A stretch of 64,000 bases of DNA from Camelus dromedarius (taxonomy: Eukaryota), in contig NC_087436.1 in assembly GCF_036321535.1 (NCBI RefSeq), forward strand, positions 103,604,001-103,668,000, written 5' to 3'. Positions within the stretch are counted from its first letter, which is position 1. The number at the start of each line of letters is the position of its first letter. The translations under genes and the position numbers were made by a program. Of the stretch, positions 25,021 to 38,002 are shown piece by piece. The notes below the pieces were generated by a model, which was not told where the DNA came from, made no database searches, and was given only the letters and a program-made list of their open reading frames with translations.

Positions 25021-26159
25021 AGAGAGAAAGCCACCTTGTAAACTATCAAAACCAGGGCTTAAATCCTGATCTTCCAACCTTGGTCTAAGTGCTTTTGTAA
25101 GACTACAGCTGAAAAATCTCCCGTTCCCATTTTACTTATTCTTAACTGTGTATAAAGAAATAGAGAAGCATTCTGCTTTTGATGAAATATCAAGGAATCA
25201 AGACCACAGGCATGTTGAGAAGGGCAAGACCAAGATGTCCCTCCATCACACCCGTCTCTCTACTCATTGTTTGTTGGTGGCTGTTAACCCACGCACATCC
25301 TTCCCATACCCCCTGCCCCACACCTAGAGTGGGAAATGACACCAATTTCCTTGACAGAACGGTCCTCAGAGCCCTTTCAATGCATTAACAATATGCTACC
25401 TAGCATTCATGAAGAATCAAATCAGTTCTATTTTCTTCTTTTATTTGTTTAAAGCAAGGTAGCTTAGTTACTTGAACTTGAGCCTCTATTTAGAAAAAAA
25501 ATGATAAAACAAAGCACTCACAAACAAAATTCTTTGGAGTTTGAGTGCTTGGAAACACTACACTGTTGTTTTTTTTCATTTTCAGTTCCTCTGGCAACAA
25601 ATGCACCGTAAGGGATCTCCCAAGACTGCAATCCTGCTGGTCTTTGAGTTTGATTTGCCATTTTTTAAGATCTTGAGAAAGCAAAGGATTCTAAGCTCAA
25701 TATGTATTTCAGTTAATGAAACAGCATCTTCTGTTTGATATAAAGCACAAAGGGGAATTTTCAGAACGAATACACCGAACGTTTATACCTGGAGGTAATG
25801 GTTTTCCCATTATTAAAGCGTGTAAGCAGAGGTCAGACAACCCTTCCATGAAAATGCAGGGAGTGTAGTGGCCTCCACTGCTCTGTCTGCCCAGCATTCC
25901 TCCACATTGTGCCTGCAAGATGCTTTTTCTACATTCCCACTACAGGTTTCCAACAGAAACATTCATGTTTTTATTTGACTCTGGATGCAAATTATTCACC
26001 AAGAAATAGGCAAATATGTCAAAAGAGACCTTCAGGGAATTTTCCTGAAACTTTTAAAACTGGATCTGAGAACAACCCTAGGGTGCTGAGTTGAGGATTT
26101 TAGGCTGTCGAGACAGACTCCCCATGTTGGTATCGGTTCCTCCACTTTCAAGTGAGGAT

Positions 26160-26485
26160 AACCAGACAGGTGGAGCTCGGAGGACTTTTAGGGCAGTGAA
26201 AGTACTTTGTATGACACTAAAATGATGGATACGTGTCATTACACATTTGTCCAAACCCATAGAATGTACACCACCAAGAGTGACCTGTGATGTAAATTAT
26301 GGATTGGGGGTGATTATGATGTGTCAATGTAAATTCATCAGTTGTAACAAATGGCTCACTCTGATGGGGGAGGTTGATAATGAGGGAGACTATGCATGTT
26401 TGGGAAATCTGTGTACCTTCCCCTCACTTCTGCTGTGAACCTAAAACTGCTCCTCCAAAAAATCATGTCTAACTTTTTAAATGTA
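26160..26485 (+). mobile_element. L1MC1/2-like 3' end
   Basis: gtgtcattacacatttgtccaaacccatagaatgtacaccaccaagagtga...gtgaacctaaaactgctc. Confidence 0.8.
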
Positions 26486-27899
26486 AAGAAATTAGATAGT
26501 ATGAACATCATGATTACTATCAATCAACTCTTCATTTGTCATGGATTTGTTGGAAACAAATCAGGGTGATGGAGAGGGAAGGTCTCTGGGCCTCCAAGTC
26601 TGTTTCTAGTTTTCCATGAAACCATATGCATCTCTGTTTTTCTGATAGTCTCCTTTTTGCCAAAAAAAAAAAAAAAAAAAAAAGGAAACCAAGTTAGATA
26701 GCAACCTTGGATAAAACCAGAAGGGTGACATTTCTGCAGTTTCACTCTCCAGTGGTTCTGTGTTTACCTCAAATCAACCCATACATGATGTCCTTTGGCT
26801 TGGTCTTTGCTATTAATCTTGTCCCACCATAACTCTGTCTGAGCTTATAGTGCAGTAGCCAGCTTTGGGGACCAGTAAATCACTGCAGCAAAATAGGAAG
26901 AATCAATCCTTACTTCTCAGAAAGAAATTGATATAGTTATGAGAAGATAACAGATGTTAACACATACTAGAAAGACACCACACCTTCAAGGTAAAAGTCA
27001 AAGTCATTATTTCTCTCTTTACCCAGAAAACTTAGTAAGTGTCTTTATCTAGAATCTACTCTCCCTCAGCTTCTAGGTCTGAAGTATCATTTTAGATGGT
27101 ATTAGCCTTTGATTTCATTTTGTTTTCTTTTTCCTTTCTAATAACAAAAATTATTTAAAGTTTACAAAGGAACAGGAAACTGAGCTTGCTGATCTTGAGG
27201 AGTTTATTAAGTAGTCTTAGAGTGTATCTATATATCTATTTATACATTGATCTATTTATCACATAGGATTACTTGCTCCCCAGATTAAATGGGTAGTTAT
27301 GAATTAAAGTAGATCTTAGGCAGTAAATAGGGAACTAGAGTAACCTAGGAAACTTCACGGACTTCCTTGTGGAGAGATATTTTAGTAGAAGTAAAACTCT
27401 TCATATAGCTAGAAAGGAAGGGAATAAAATGCATTAGTCAAGAACAGACAGCTCACTTTTAATAAAGTCTTCTCAGAATTGTACTTCTATTGGTGTTTAT
27501 GTATAAACAATCATTGGTTAAAACATGAAATTATCTAGAGTTTTTCAAATATCCATAAACACAAACACAACAAAAATAAAAGAAAATTGAGTTTAAAAGA
27601 TGTAAGTTCAAAATTTAGCTCTACCACAACTATTGTATGACTGAGCAATTCTTTTAACACCAGTAAGCCCATTTTACTCATCACTATAAGAGAATAACAC
27701 CTTTATCATAGTTTTATTGTAATAGCTGAGTAAGAAAATATACAAAAATATTATAAACTACAAAGCATGTATGCAAATGAAGATAACCACTATACTCTGA
27801 GTCTTTGATAGTTACGGACCTCTGCTTTATTTAGCTTTATGTTCCCAACACCTAATGTGATGTTCCTGATTTCCTAATAAGTAAAATTCAAATTCTTTA

Positions 27900-28360
27900 A
27901 TGTTATTTTTAAAAGGTCCATTGTGATTAGTCCTAGATCATCTCTCTTATCACTTTTTTAAAAATCATATCCTCTAATTGTAGTGATTCTGCCAGTCTGA
28001 GTTCATGAATTGGTCTTCTAACCCCTTGGGACCCTTGCATATCTTCTTCCCTTTGCCAGGAACCTTCCTAATTTCTGTTCTCTTGGCCATATGCTACTCA
28101 ACCTTGAAGCTCATTCTTTCCACCATTTCTTCCAGGATGCCTCCCATGACATCCCACAGATGGGGCTGGGTGCTCCTCTATGTACCTTAGTGCTTTTATC
28201 TATGAACCAACACAGCACTTCATGCAGAGTATTGTAATTACATGTTTTCCCCATTAGTTTGCCAACTCTCTGAGAAAAAGGGCTCTGATTTATTCACCTT
28301 TGAACAGGAGCACACAAAGAGTGACAGAGTAGGTGCTCAAGGGATATTTGTAGAATGAAT
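27900..28360 (+). mobile_element. L2 3' remnant
   Basis: ccatttcttccaggatgcctcccatgac...agagtaggtgctcaagggatatttgtagaatgaat. Confidence 0.7.
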
Positions 28361-28815
28361 TCTAGTGCGTTGTAAGAAAATATTAATAAATGGGAGAATT
28401 TTTTATTCTATCTTATGGGGATCTGGTATTATTTAGGAAACAGTTGTTGAAAAGAGTAAGTAATTGGAGGACGTGTTATCTTCTTAAAAGATTGACTGTG
28501 AGGAGAGATGTGCATTTTAAAATTTCTTGTCAAATTTATGAACACATTTTTAATATCACATTAAATTCAAAGTTTCTGCTGAGAGGCAGAAATACAGCAG
28601 ACAGCAGCTGTCTCTGACAGCATGGCGTCAGGCAGCTCCTCCTGCAGAAATCGTCGAAGCCGCTGTTTGAGAACTGGCTGCAGGTATCTTGGCTCCATCA
28701 TATTAAGAATATAAAGAGGCATAGAAGGAATTTATGAAGAGGGTTATGGAAGGCTGAGTCTCTTGCTCAGAGGAGCTCTCTCTCTCTCCCCCACCATCAC
28801 CTCTTTCTCTCTCTG

Positions 28816-28816
<1 letters not shown>

Positions 28817-28880
<64 letters not shown>
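28817..28880. repeat. Pure (CA)32 microsatellite
   Basis: Direct reading. Confidence 0.97.
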
Positions 28881-28881
<1 letters not shown>

Positions 28882-29664
28882 CTGTACCTTCTGTACCCGA
28901 GGAAGGAGTAGGGAACTCAACCTCCATCCTCTCCTAAAATTGAAAGGATTCAGTGGGACCATTCATGGAATTGAGTATATGTAACGTTGACTATAGACAG
29001 CAGAGTGGACATGTCTGATCCACTTGTAGAAAATAGAGAAGGTGAGTGGGATGGCCCAGCTGGCTGCTGACTGAAGGAGAAGTGATGTGTAGTTCTGCAC
29101 GCCCTGAGTTTTAAGGAAGAAGATGTGTGAGCACTTGCCATGGACCAAATGTGGGTCAGATCACAAGGAGAGCCCGTGTCCAGCTCGATGTCTTGCCTTC
29201 AGGAGGACTGCTTGGAGGGCAGGGGACTCCAGCAGAGAGGGGTCTGCGTGAACTGGACTTCCAGAGACAGTAAGCACCCAGAGGAAAACACACGGTCCAC
29301 ATCCGAAGGCCCAGGAAGCAAGCCTCTAAATGCTTCAGGCAGCACCCACACAGGGTCATTGTTCCATACCTGCCGGGCCCCGAAGTCCCTTTATCAGATT
29401 GCCAAGTCACCAATAACATCGATCGGGGCATATCTGTTCTTTTCTCCCCAGGCTTCAACCCCCACTTCAGGGCAGGGCAAGAGAGAAGAGAGAGACAAAC
29501 AGGAGAGAAAAAGCCAACAAGAACATAATTTATAAAATTATATGAAATCAGTGGGCTTCCACAAAGAGCATAGCTGATTTAAAAGTATGAGAGAGACTTA
29601 TAGGAAAAATATGACCCACAAAAACAAAGCAAATGTAAAACTATGTTTAAATCTTCATTCTTTT

Positions 29665-30087
29665 TAAAATAATTTTAATATAAATTTTCTTATTTACAAT
29701 TCCTGATTCTTATTTGTTTCCATAGGTTCAAATTATCTTCTAGTGTTATTTCTTTATTCTAAAACAGCTTTGTTCCCTTTCATATCTTTTGTGCTAATAA
29801 TAACAAATGTATTACATTTCTATATTTTATAGGCCCAACAATATAATTATATACCTATTGTTTTATACCATTGCTTTTTTAAAAATTCTTATTTTTTATT
29901 GAAATGTAGTCAATTTACAATGTTAGTTTCGTGTGTACAGCAAAGCTATTCAGTTACACAAATACATACATATATATATATTTTCAGATTCTTTCCCATT
30001 ACAGCTCATTGCAAGAAATTGAATATAGTTCCCTGTGCTATACAGTAGGTCCTTGATGTTTATCTATTTTATATACAGTAATGTGTA
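29665..30087 (-). mobile_element. L1 3' end (~29885-30087) plus ~220-bp 3'-transduced segment
   Basis: gaatatagttccctgtgctatacagtaggtcc L1 3' UTR; TSD taaatcttcattctttt/taaaccttcattctttt. Confidence 0.75.
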
Positions 30088-31641
30088 TAAACCTTCATTC
30101 TTTTACTTAGCTGCTTTGAATAGCTATACCCTAAAGACAATAAGGAAGTCTTCATTCATAGCTTCAGGCTGTATAAGTATCTCAGAACATAGATACGGAA
30201 CACGAGTTCCATTGCACCTTTGCAGGAATAATCAGAGGTGAAACGGTGTGAGCACCATACGGCAAAGCTAAATCATCCTCCTTCCCAAAGGAGGTAAGGA
30301 ATGGAAATGCTAGTCAGCAGGAACACAAAGAGTCAAATTAAATCGTTTCTATTCAATTCACTGAGAAAAGTACTATTTTACTATTTTATCCAATCTGTCG
30401 TGGGAAAAACAGATGACTTGTTTAAAAAGAAATGTTTAACTCTTAAGATGACTGATTCTAGATGGAGGCCAAATGAGGAAGTTGGGTTGATGGCCAAGGA
30501 AGAGGCGCTCCCAGGAGAACAAAGGTGTAGTGAGAGAAAGGTGTAGACAGAGGCTGGCGTTCATTGAGGCTTCCCCGCTGTCATGTCATAAAATGTTGTC
30601 ATTAACAAGGGAGTAACCACATCATTTTACAGATCAGGAAGCTTGGGTCCAAAAAGATAAATTAATTTACTTATGGTCAATAATACAGAGCAAAACTGGA
30701 ACTCAAGCCCTAGGTCTCTGGATTGTAAATATTGAGGGTGTTCCTCTCCATTTTTCCAAATTTGCCACCTGACACAAACATCAGTAGGATGTCCTTTGAG
30801 AGCATCCATAATGTTCTTAGAGAAGAACCTTAAAAATAAACCATAGGGCAAGAATCCTAAAGGCCAAGGGAGCAGAGAGATCAATATTCATGAATAAATA
30901 GAAACGAAATGTTTCCGCTGTGAAAAATTTACTGTCTGCTGGCCAGTAAGTTTCAGGAGTATGAGAATAAGGAAATAACCAATAAAAGAACGTAATCTCT
31001 TAACAAGTGTTTCAAGAAGGCTTCATTAAAGCCTGGGGGATTTGTGGTTGAGAAAAAGTTTGTTAAAAGCTTTCAGCCACTTTGAACAAGAGAATGGTCT
31101 AAATATAAGGAATTACTGCAATTTCTTCTTTTTCTATAGAATCTAGGACCTGTGGTTTTTTTAACTTGATTTTCACGGTAAGAATGAAAAAGAAATGACC
31201 ACTTTTTCTCCCTCAGTGGGGTGTTTTCTGCGGGGAGAAAGACATCCTATTCCTTCCTGACTCGCTCTGTATGGCTCTCCATTCCCATTCATTTTGCTGC
31301 AAGAGATCATTAAACCCAGCTGTGCTCGGCAGTGATAATGGAAATGGATGGTGAGAGATTTGAGGGCGATGACAGCAGAGCAAGACTTCACACCTCAGAT
31401 TTTATGCTGAGGATTTAGGAGAAAAAGGGATCCCTGACTGAGAGGAGGGGATTTCAAGAGGCACTTTCCTCCCCGGGAAGGCTCTGGGGACAGCCTCATC
31501 ACCTGCCTCGCTTTGTGTCTCAGAGATTAACAGGGGAAAGGGGTGTAGACTTCTCGTTGACAAAACCATACCACTCCTATGACTGGCTGAGGCAGAGACT
31601 TTAAAAGCTCCTCCATATACAACTTTTGAAAGAAGTGTGGT

Positions 31642-31790
31642 GGGGTGGAGGACGAAATAGCTCAGTGGTAGAGTCTGTGCCTGCTAAGCATGAGGTCCTG
31701 GGTTCAATCCCCAGTACTTCCATTAAAAAAAAAGTAAACCTTATTATCTTTCCCCTACCCCTCAAGGGAAAAAAAAAAGCAAAGAAAAAT
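31642..31790 (+). mobile_element. Vic-1-type tRNA-derived SINE
   Basis: atagctcagtggtagagtctgtgcctgctaagcatgaggtcctgggttcaatccccagtacttcc, then aaaccttattatc and an A-tail. No clear TSD. Confidence 0.85.
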
Positions 31791-32869
31791 AGCAATTATT
31801 GAAGTAAATATGATCTGAAAACTCTAATAGTTTAACACTATTGAAACATTAAGGGGGAAAAGATAAATTGCGATTGGTTGAAAAATGCAACTGAAATGGT
31901 TTGATTGCTTAACTTGGCAGACTGCTATCACTCTGCTTAAAGTGGCTGGTGTAGCCTGGGGTAAGACTTTAAACCACTGACTCTGTGAGTCACCTACGGA
32001 AGATCTGTAGCCTGATTTGGACCATCTAAGCACTTCTCAAGGGGAGAAAGGCACTTGGATTTGAAGAAATCGCAGTGGAATCAATAAAAGATTCCACTGA
32101 ACTACAGGACACGGGGCAAGTCACCCAACATAGCAAGACTGAGCTCTTACTGGGATAATGGTTATGAACATTAGGATAAAATGTCACAGTCCAAAGTTTG
32201 AAACAGAACAGACAAGAGACAATAGTCATGCTAGTCACGTGCACATTTCTGTGTGAGTACATGGAAAAGGAAACACAAACACATCTTACATTTCAGTAGT
32301 TAAGAATCAACACTAAGTAAGGACCCTCCCTGTGGTTATTACTGTCCTGGATGTTAATCTGAAACATGAAAAATATGTCTCCAACTCTTGAGGTATAATC
32401 AGGTCCCAATTTCTGCTGATCCCCAGTGAACACCAGACACTCATAATACAGACTATAATTACTAATTAATCTGGCTTGATGTAAGAGGTGAAATATAGTT
32501 GCCCTGCTGCTGGTCTTCATCATGTTTGTATCATTGTATAATACAACTATCCTTCAAGCTGAAAAGACATGGAACAATTTAAAGCAATGTTAATAACAAA
32601 ATGAGCACTGGACTTGAAGCCTGGTGATTGAAGTCTTCTTTTTGACTATATGGCCTTGGACAAAAGTTCTCTCTTTCTTCATCTATAAAGTCAATGACTC
32701 ACAGCAGCTTATTCTACCTGCTTTGCAGTATTTTTAGGAATATCTTGGAAGCAGTATGCCAGCTTGACTGGATGGGGGCCAGAGGTCTCGATAAGGAAGT
32801 CCAGCAGTGATTGGGCACGAGTAATAAGGATTCTGCTCAGGGCTGAAAAATGTGAACCAAAAAGAACCT

Positions 32870-34340
32870 TAGAATCAGGTATTTTTTATAAATATTTTAC
32901 TCTTAGTTATGAAACACTGAAAACAGACAGAAAAATTTGGAAAGGAATATAACTAAAATCTGTGTGTCCACCATCAACAACAAAAAATTAAGTATCAAAA
33001 TTACAGCACACTTGCTTAAGAATTCTTCTGGAAAAGATGGAAGACCAAGGAGGAGGGAGGGAGAACAGAAGGGAGGCGGTAGAGGAAGAAAGGTAGAATG
33101 AAAACCTTTACATCTATAAAAAAGTCATCATTATTCCTATTTCCTCTTCAGATATTACTACTTTCCCCACATTGGTATATATGATTTCCCTCTATTTGTT
33201 TAAACTTTTACCAACTATATGTGTGGTTAAGAATAACTTCTTGTTTTTCAACTTCATATAAATGGTATCATACGCCATGTACATTTTGTGATTTCCTTTT
33301 CCACACAGTATTACGTTGTTAGATTTTTTTTCAATGAATGTAAATACCTGATTCATTTTGAAAGCATTTTTAAGTGTCGTCTATTGTATAGATATAGCAT
33401 TCCCCTTCTGTGGGATAGTTTTTACTGTGCCATGGTAAGCGCTCTTCTTCGTGGAACTCATAAAAAAGCAAGTCGTTTTCTAGGGTAGAAACTTCAAGTT
33501 CTGAATGCCCCACGTCATTGCAAATAATTGGTCTTATTAGGTTGACTGAAGTTGGTCAATCTGTGACATGGTGTCTTATTAACATTTTAATTTTAATTTT
33601 CCTTATTGCTAGTATGGCTAAGTATTTCTTTCATACAATGATTGAGATTTTCAGTTTTTTCCTGAGAATTTCATGTTTATACTCGTTTTCCATTTATGTA
33701 TTGGGCTATTTTATTTTGTTGTTTATTTGTATAAGCTCTTTATATATTCTAGATATTAATTTTTGTTTGATTTTTTAATTTCATTTTTTGTTGTTGTTGA
33801 TTCCTAATGATATTACACCATAATTAGAGAAAGTCTTTGGTTGACTCTGGTTCTTCAATATTTAATTAGTTACATCTTGTGCAAGGTTACACAGTCAATT
33901 TTTGGAAAGGTCCTATCTGCTTGAAAAGGTTGTGTTCACTAACATTGAGTGTGATGTTCCATGTATGTTTATGAGAGCATGCTTTCACTGTGTTATTCAA
34001 ATCATCTAGACCCTGAAAAGTTTGACTGCTCAATCAACTTTTATTGAGGGAAATATGTTAAATTTTTAAAAAATATTTATCAATTAGTCAGTTTCTCATT
34101 GAATTCTGTCAATTTTTGCCTGCCATGTGTTGAAGCTATCTTGTTAGACCCTAACTGATGAAGATTTGGGCTGTTTCTAAACATTTTCTGTGACAAATCA
34201 TGCTACACTGAATATTCTTGTACCTAAATTCTCAAACACACATATATGCATGCTAGTGGAGTAAAATCCTAGAAGGAACTAGATCAAAGCATAAGCACAT
34301 TTTTAATAAACAGAGAGATTTTACTAAATGATCCTTCCTA
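32870..34340 (-). mobile_element. Old L1ME-like fragments
   Basis: aacttcatataaatggtatcatac; tttgtataagctctttatatattctagatatta. Confidence 0.6.
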
Positions 34341-35047
34341 TCGTTCAAACTGAAGGAACCTATTGGGAAAAAAAAGAAAATAACTGCCTAGTTAGAGTTG
34401 AATGAATTTTGAGTTAGTAACTATCATTGGAGAATAAGAACCTTAGTCAGACGTGGTGAAACTTTTAGAAAGTTTTACCCTCTGCTTTCCCAACTCCAGC
34501 TCTCTTCCCTGCATCTTGATAAGGTGACTGCCTTTACTATGGAATCTTAAAATAGATCCATTTCCATTTTCAGAAAACTTTGACTTCGTTCTAATGTATA
34601 TACATATATTTTTTTCACCTATTTCTTGGCATTCACGGGTGTCAGTGTAAAATCCTTGGATGAAAAGACTGAAAAGTCATATCTGCTATCTCACAAATCA
34701 GAGTGCACTTCTTGAAATGAGAGCATTAGAGATAAACCATCCCTGTATTGCCAACCACTGTCAAAAACACACAACAGAAAAAGGTTCCTGGAGTCTTTGA
34801 AGAATATCCTCGATAAATTTTGCAAGTTCCAATTTTTATCTTCTTGAGAAATATTACCATGTTCCCTCTGAATCGCCACTATAAGCTGTTGCCAGTAAAT
34901 TCAAACAGCTATTTTATCTACTTGAGGCCAAAGGTTAAAATGCAGGCATCCGAACTCCGCGAAATGACTGTGTTTTTCTTCTGAGGGCACGTAGCTGCAT
35001 TGTTGTGCTTGAAAACAGGATGCAAATGTGTGGAGAAACCATCACTG

Positions 35048-35626
35048 TGAGACAGGAGGGAAGGGGGCAGGGCTCAACCATTAAAAGAATGACACAGCAA
35101 TTGAGGATAGGACATAAACTGGTTAAAACCAGACTAAGCCCAAGATGTTAGAAAATTCAATTTCCAGTAGACCTTGAGGCCCAAGATGGTGGAAGATTCG
35201 ACTCCCAGTAGACCTTGACCTTCATTATATGCTCACTAGAATACATTAGCATGCTAAATGGCACCCCCACAGGTGCCTGACAGTTCCGAGGCTGGCCGTA
35301 AAAGGCCAAAAAGTGGGCAGTGGCCCAATTCCTGGGAATCCCAGTCCCTTCCCCAAGGTAGCTGGAATCATCCTCCCACTTGTTAGCACATGGAGTTACT
35401 GAGCCCATAAAAACTAACAACCCCACACCGTGTGGTTGCTCTCTCTTGCCTTCTGAGACAGCCTGCACTCTCTGTGGAGTGCGTATCTCTCTAAATAAAC
35501 TTTCTTTCACTTTACTATGGCTCGCTCTTGAGTTCTTTCCTGCGCAAAGCCAAGGACTCTAACTTGGCAGGGTGCGTCTGAGACCTGGGACATGAACATC
35601 CTCTTGCACCCTACTTTCCTGCAACA
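35048..35626 (+). mobile_element. ERV1-class solo LTR
   Basis: TGAGAC...GCAACA ends; flanks actg/attg; cataaaaa TATA-like near 35407; aataaa near 35494; U5-like ctcgctcttgagttctttcctgcgcaaagccaagga. Confidence 0.85.
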
Positions 35627-36790
35627 ATTGGCTTGTTAGTACATGGTACGCACACCTTCAGGGAAAATTGTACCTTCTGAAGGTACAGATTGTACCCTAG
35701 AGAAGGCTTCCATGGGTTGAGGAGACAAGGCAGAACTTGGAACTGAGAGCACTGGAATCCTGACTCAGGACTTAAAACATGTGTGCCCCTAAGCAATATA
35801 TGTATTTACTTTCTCTCTACTTTGGTTTTATCACCTATAAAATGGGGATCATAGGCTTACTTCAAAGGTAAATGTGTGAGATAAAGCACCTTGCAGAGTG
35901 CCTGGCTCATAGAAAGCTCAAGGCATTTTGTTTTGCTGCTGTGAGTGACAGAGTAGCAGCAATGATGGTGGTGGTGTAGCAGTTGTTGTGACCCCATCTC
36001 TTCTAGTCAGGAAGATAGACACAGCATCCTTACTCCCCTTTAACAGAATTGGGAGGGGAAATCCAGGAACATAAGTTCATATGCCTGTAACCACAAGCCT
36101 ACTTTTAGGCAGGTAGGCCTGGAAGCTTTAAGCCAGGTGTATGGATTGATACCTAAGACAGAAACAGTTAAATGAGACAAAGTTCACTCAGATTAGATGA
36201 CTTGGGCTTGATAAATTCATGTCTTCCTGGTAGAGGTCTGTTTCTAACAGCAAGAGGAGTAAAAAATTCTGATGATTTCTAATGGCATAGTTAAAAAAAA
36301 AATACACACAGGCACAAACACACACATATGTAATCTTGGAAGCACCCTTTCACCTCGCTGAACTTCAAAGTCCACACCTGTAAAATGGAGATAATGCTTT
36401 TTCACATACTCATTGTAAAGGTCTATGTAAGCATCTAGAATCCTAGCACAGGGCCTACAACATGGTAGGCACGGCAACAGCCATCAGTTTTAAGGACAGG
36501 ACAGGACAGGGTTAACAGAAACAGCTAACAGTAGCAGTCGCAGTTGCAAGTCGGAAGTTGGGGCACTTAGGCAGGAAGCTGTGGAGGGGCTAGGAGTGCA
36601 GAGGAGGCTCATGGATATGGAGACACGGCCAGCAGAGTGGTCACTTGGCACCCTCTCTGAAGTGCCACCCAAGCTTCTCTGCTCTCCTAAATTATTTTCT
36701 TCAAAGTCTAGCTTTAAGCCATCTATTTCTTATAGACTCTGGGATGAATGATAGTTCTTTTCAACTATACATTTTTTTCCCAAGAAAATA

Positions 36791-37080
36791 AAGTTGATCC
36801 TTGAAGAACATACGTTTGTATTGTACAGGTCCAATTATACTTGAAAATTTTAAATAAATACATATATGCACTATGATGTCTTTTCTCTTCCTTATGATTT
36901 TCTTAGTAACATGTTTTTCTCTCTAGCTTGCTGTATTGTTAGAATACAGTATATAATTCACATGACATATAAAATGTGTTAATCGATTGCTGATGTTATC
37001 TGTGAGGCTTCCAGTCAACAGTAGGCTATAAGTAATTAAGTTCAAAGGGGTGTCAAAATTATACATACATTTTCCAGTGC
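36791..37080 (+). mobile_element. Tigger2a/MER28-like DNA transposon relic lacking the right TIR
   Basis: agttgatccttgaagaaca resembles the TIR CAGTTGACCCTTGAACAACA; ttttctcttccttatgattttctt...ggcttccagtcaacagtaggctat. Confidence 0.8.
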
Positions 37081-37264
37081 AAAGGAAAATAAAGTTTATA
37101 ATCTAGCAATTTCAAAGCCATGCATCTTCCTTTGCCAGCTGGAACTCCTCTGCTCCACTCTGATTCTAATTCCTACTTATCCTTTAAGAATCATCTAGGA
37201 AAAAATTCTTTCACTCAACTTTTTTTGATGCCTTATTCCCCTTCTCCTGTTCTGAGTTAGATGC

Positions 37265-37708
37265 TGTGATGGTCAGTTTTATTTGTTAATGTGGCTTGGC
37301 TACAATCCTCAGTTATTCAAGCAAACAGTATTCTATGAAGATGTCTTGTAGATGTGATTAAAGTTGATAATCAGTTGACTTTAAATAAAATAGATTATCC
37401 TAAATAATCTGGTCCTGATTCAATCAATCGAAAGGCCCTAACAGTGAAGCTGGGGCTTCCCTGTGAAACAAGAAATTCTACCCACGACCAGTAGTGTCAG
37501 CCTATACCTGAGAGTTCCAACCAGCCCTTTGGATGGCCTACTCTACAGATTTCAGATTTGCCTCGTAGGCCCTGACAATCATGTATGCCAGTTCCTTGCA
37601 ATAAGTACATATACACACACATACATACATACATGAATCCACGACTGCATCAAGGAATGCAACAATCAATGAATTAATGAATATTAATGCTTCTCATTGA
37701 ACCCTGCA
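37265..37708 (+). mobile_element. MLT2D-like solo LTR inserted in L2
   Basis: tgtgatggtcagttttat...aatcagttgactttaaataaaatagattatcct. Confidence 0.8.
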
Positions 37709-38002
37709 GTTGCCTCTGGGTTATTTCTAACATAGCCCTTATTACTTTCCTATTATAATTGTCTCCATTATAATTAACTTTTGGAAACCTAATAGATAAA
37801 CTCTTCCTGCTAGGAGAATACCTGTCACATGGTAAATTCAATATGGATTTGTCTAATTTAATTAATTAACTCTTATTAGAAAATGTCCTCTAATGATTAA
37901 GCCTTCAGGTGTGAGGCAGGTAGGCTTAAGTTTGAGTTCTGTCTCTCACTAATAGAGGGGCTCTAGGCAAGTCATCTAACGCTTTTAAGTTTTAGTCTCT
38001 TG

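Noticed and set aside
28703..28984. ORFs with VCVC/HTHT runs
   Set aside because: These are translations of the (CA)32 microsatellite.
31655..31720. tRNA gene (also 10090-10150)
   Set aside because: Degenerate stems plus a SINE body and A-tail show these are tRNA-derived SINE heads.
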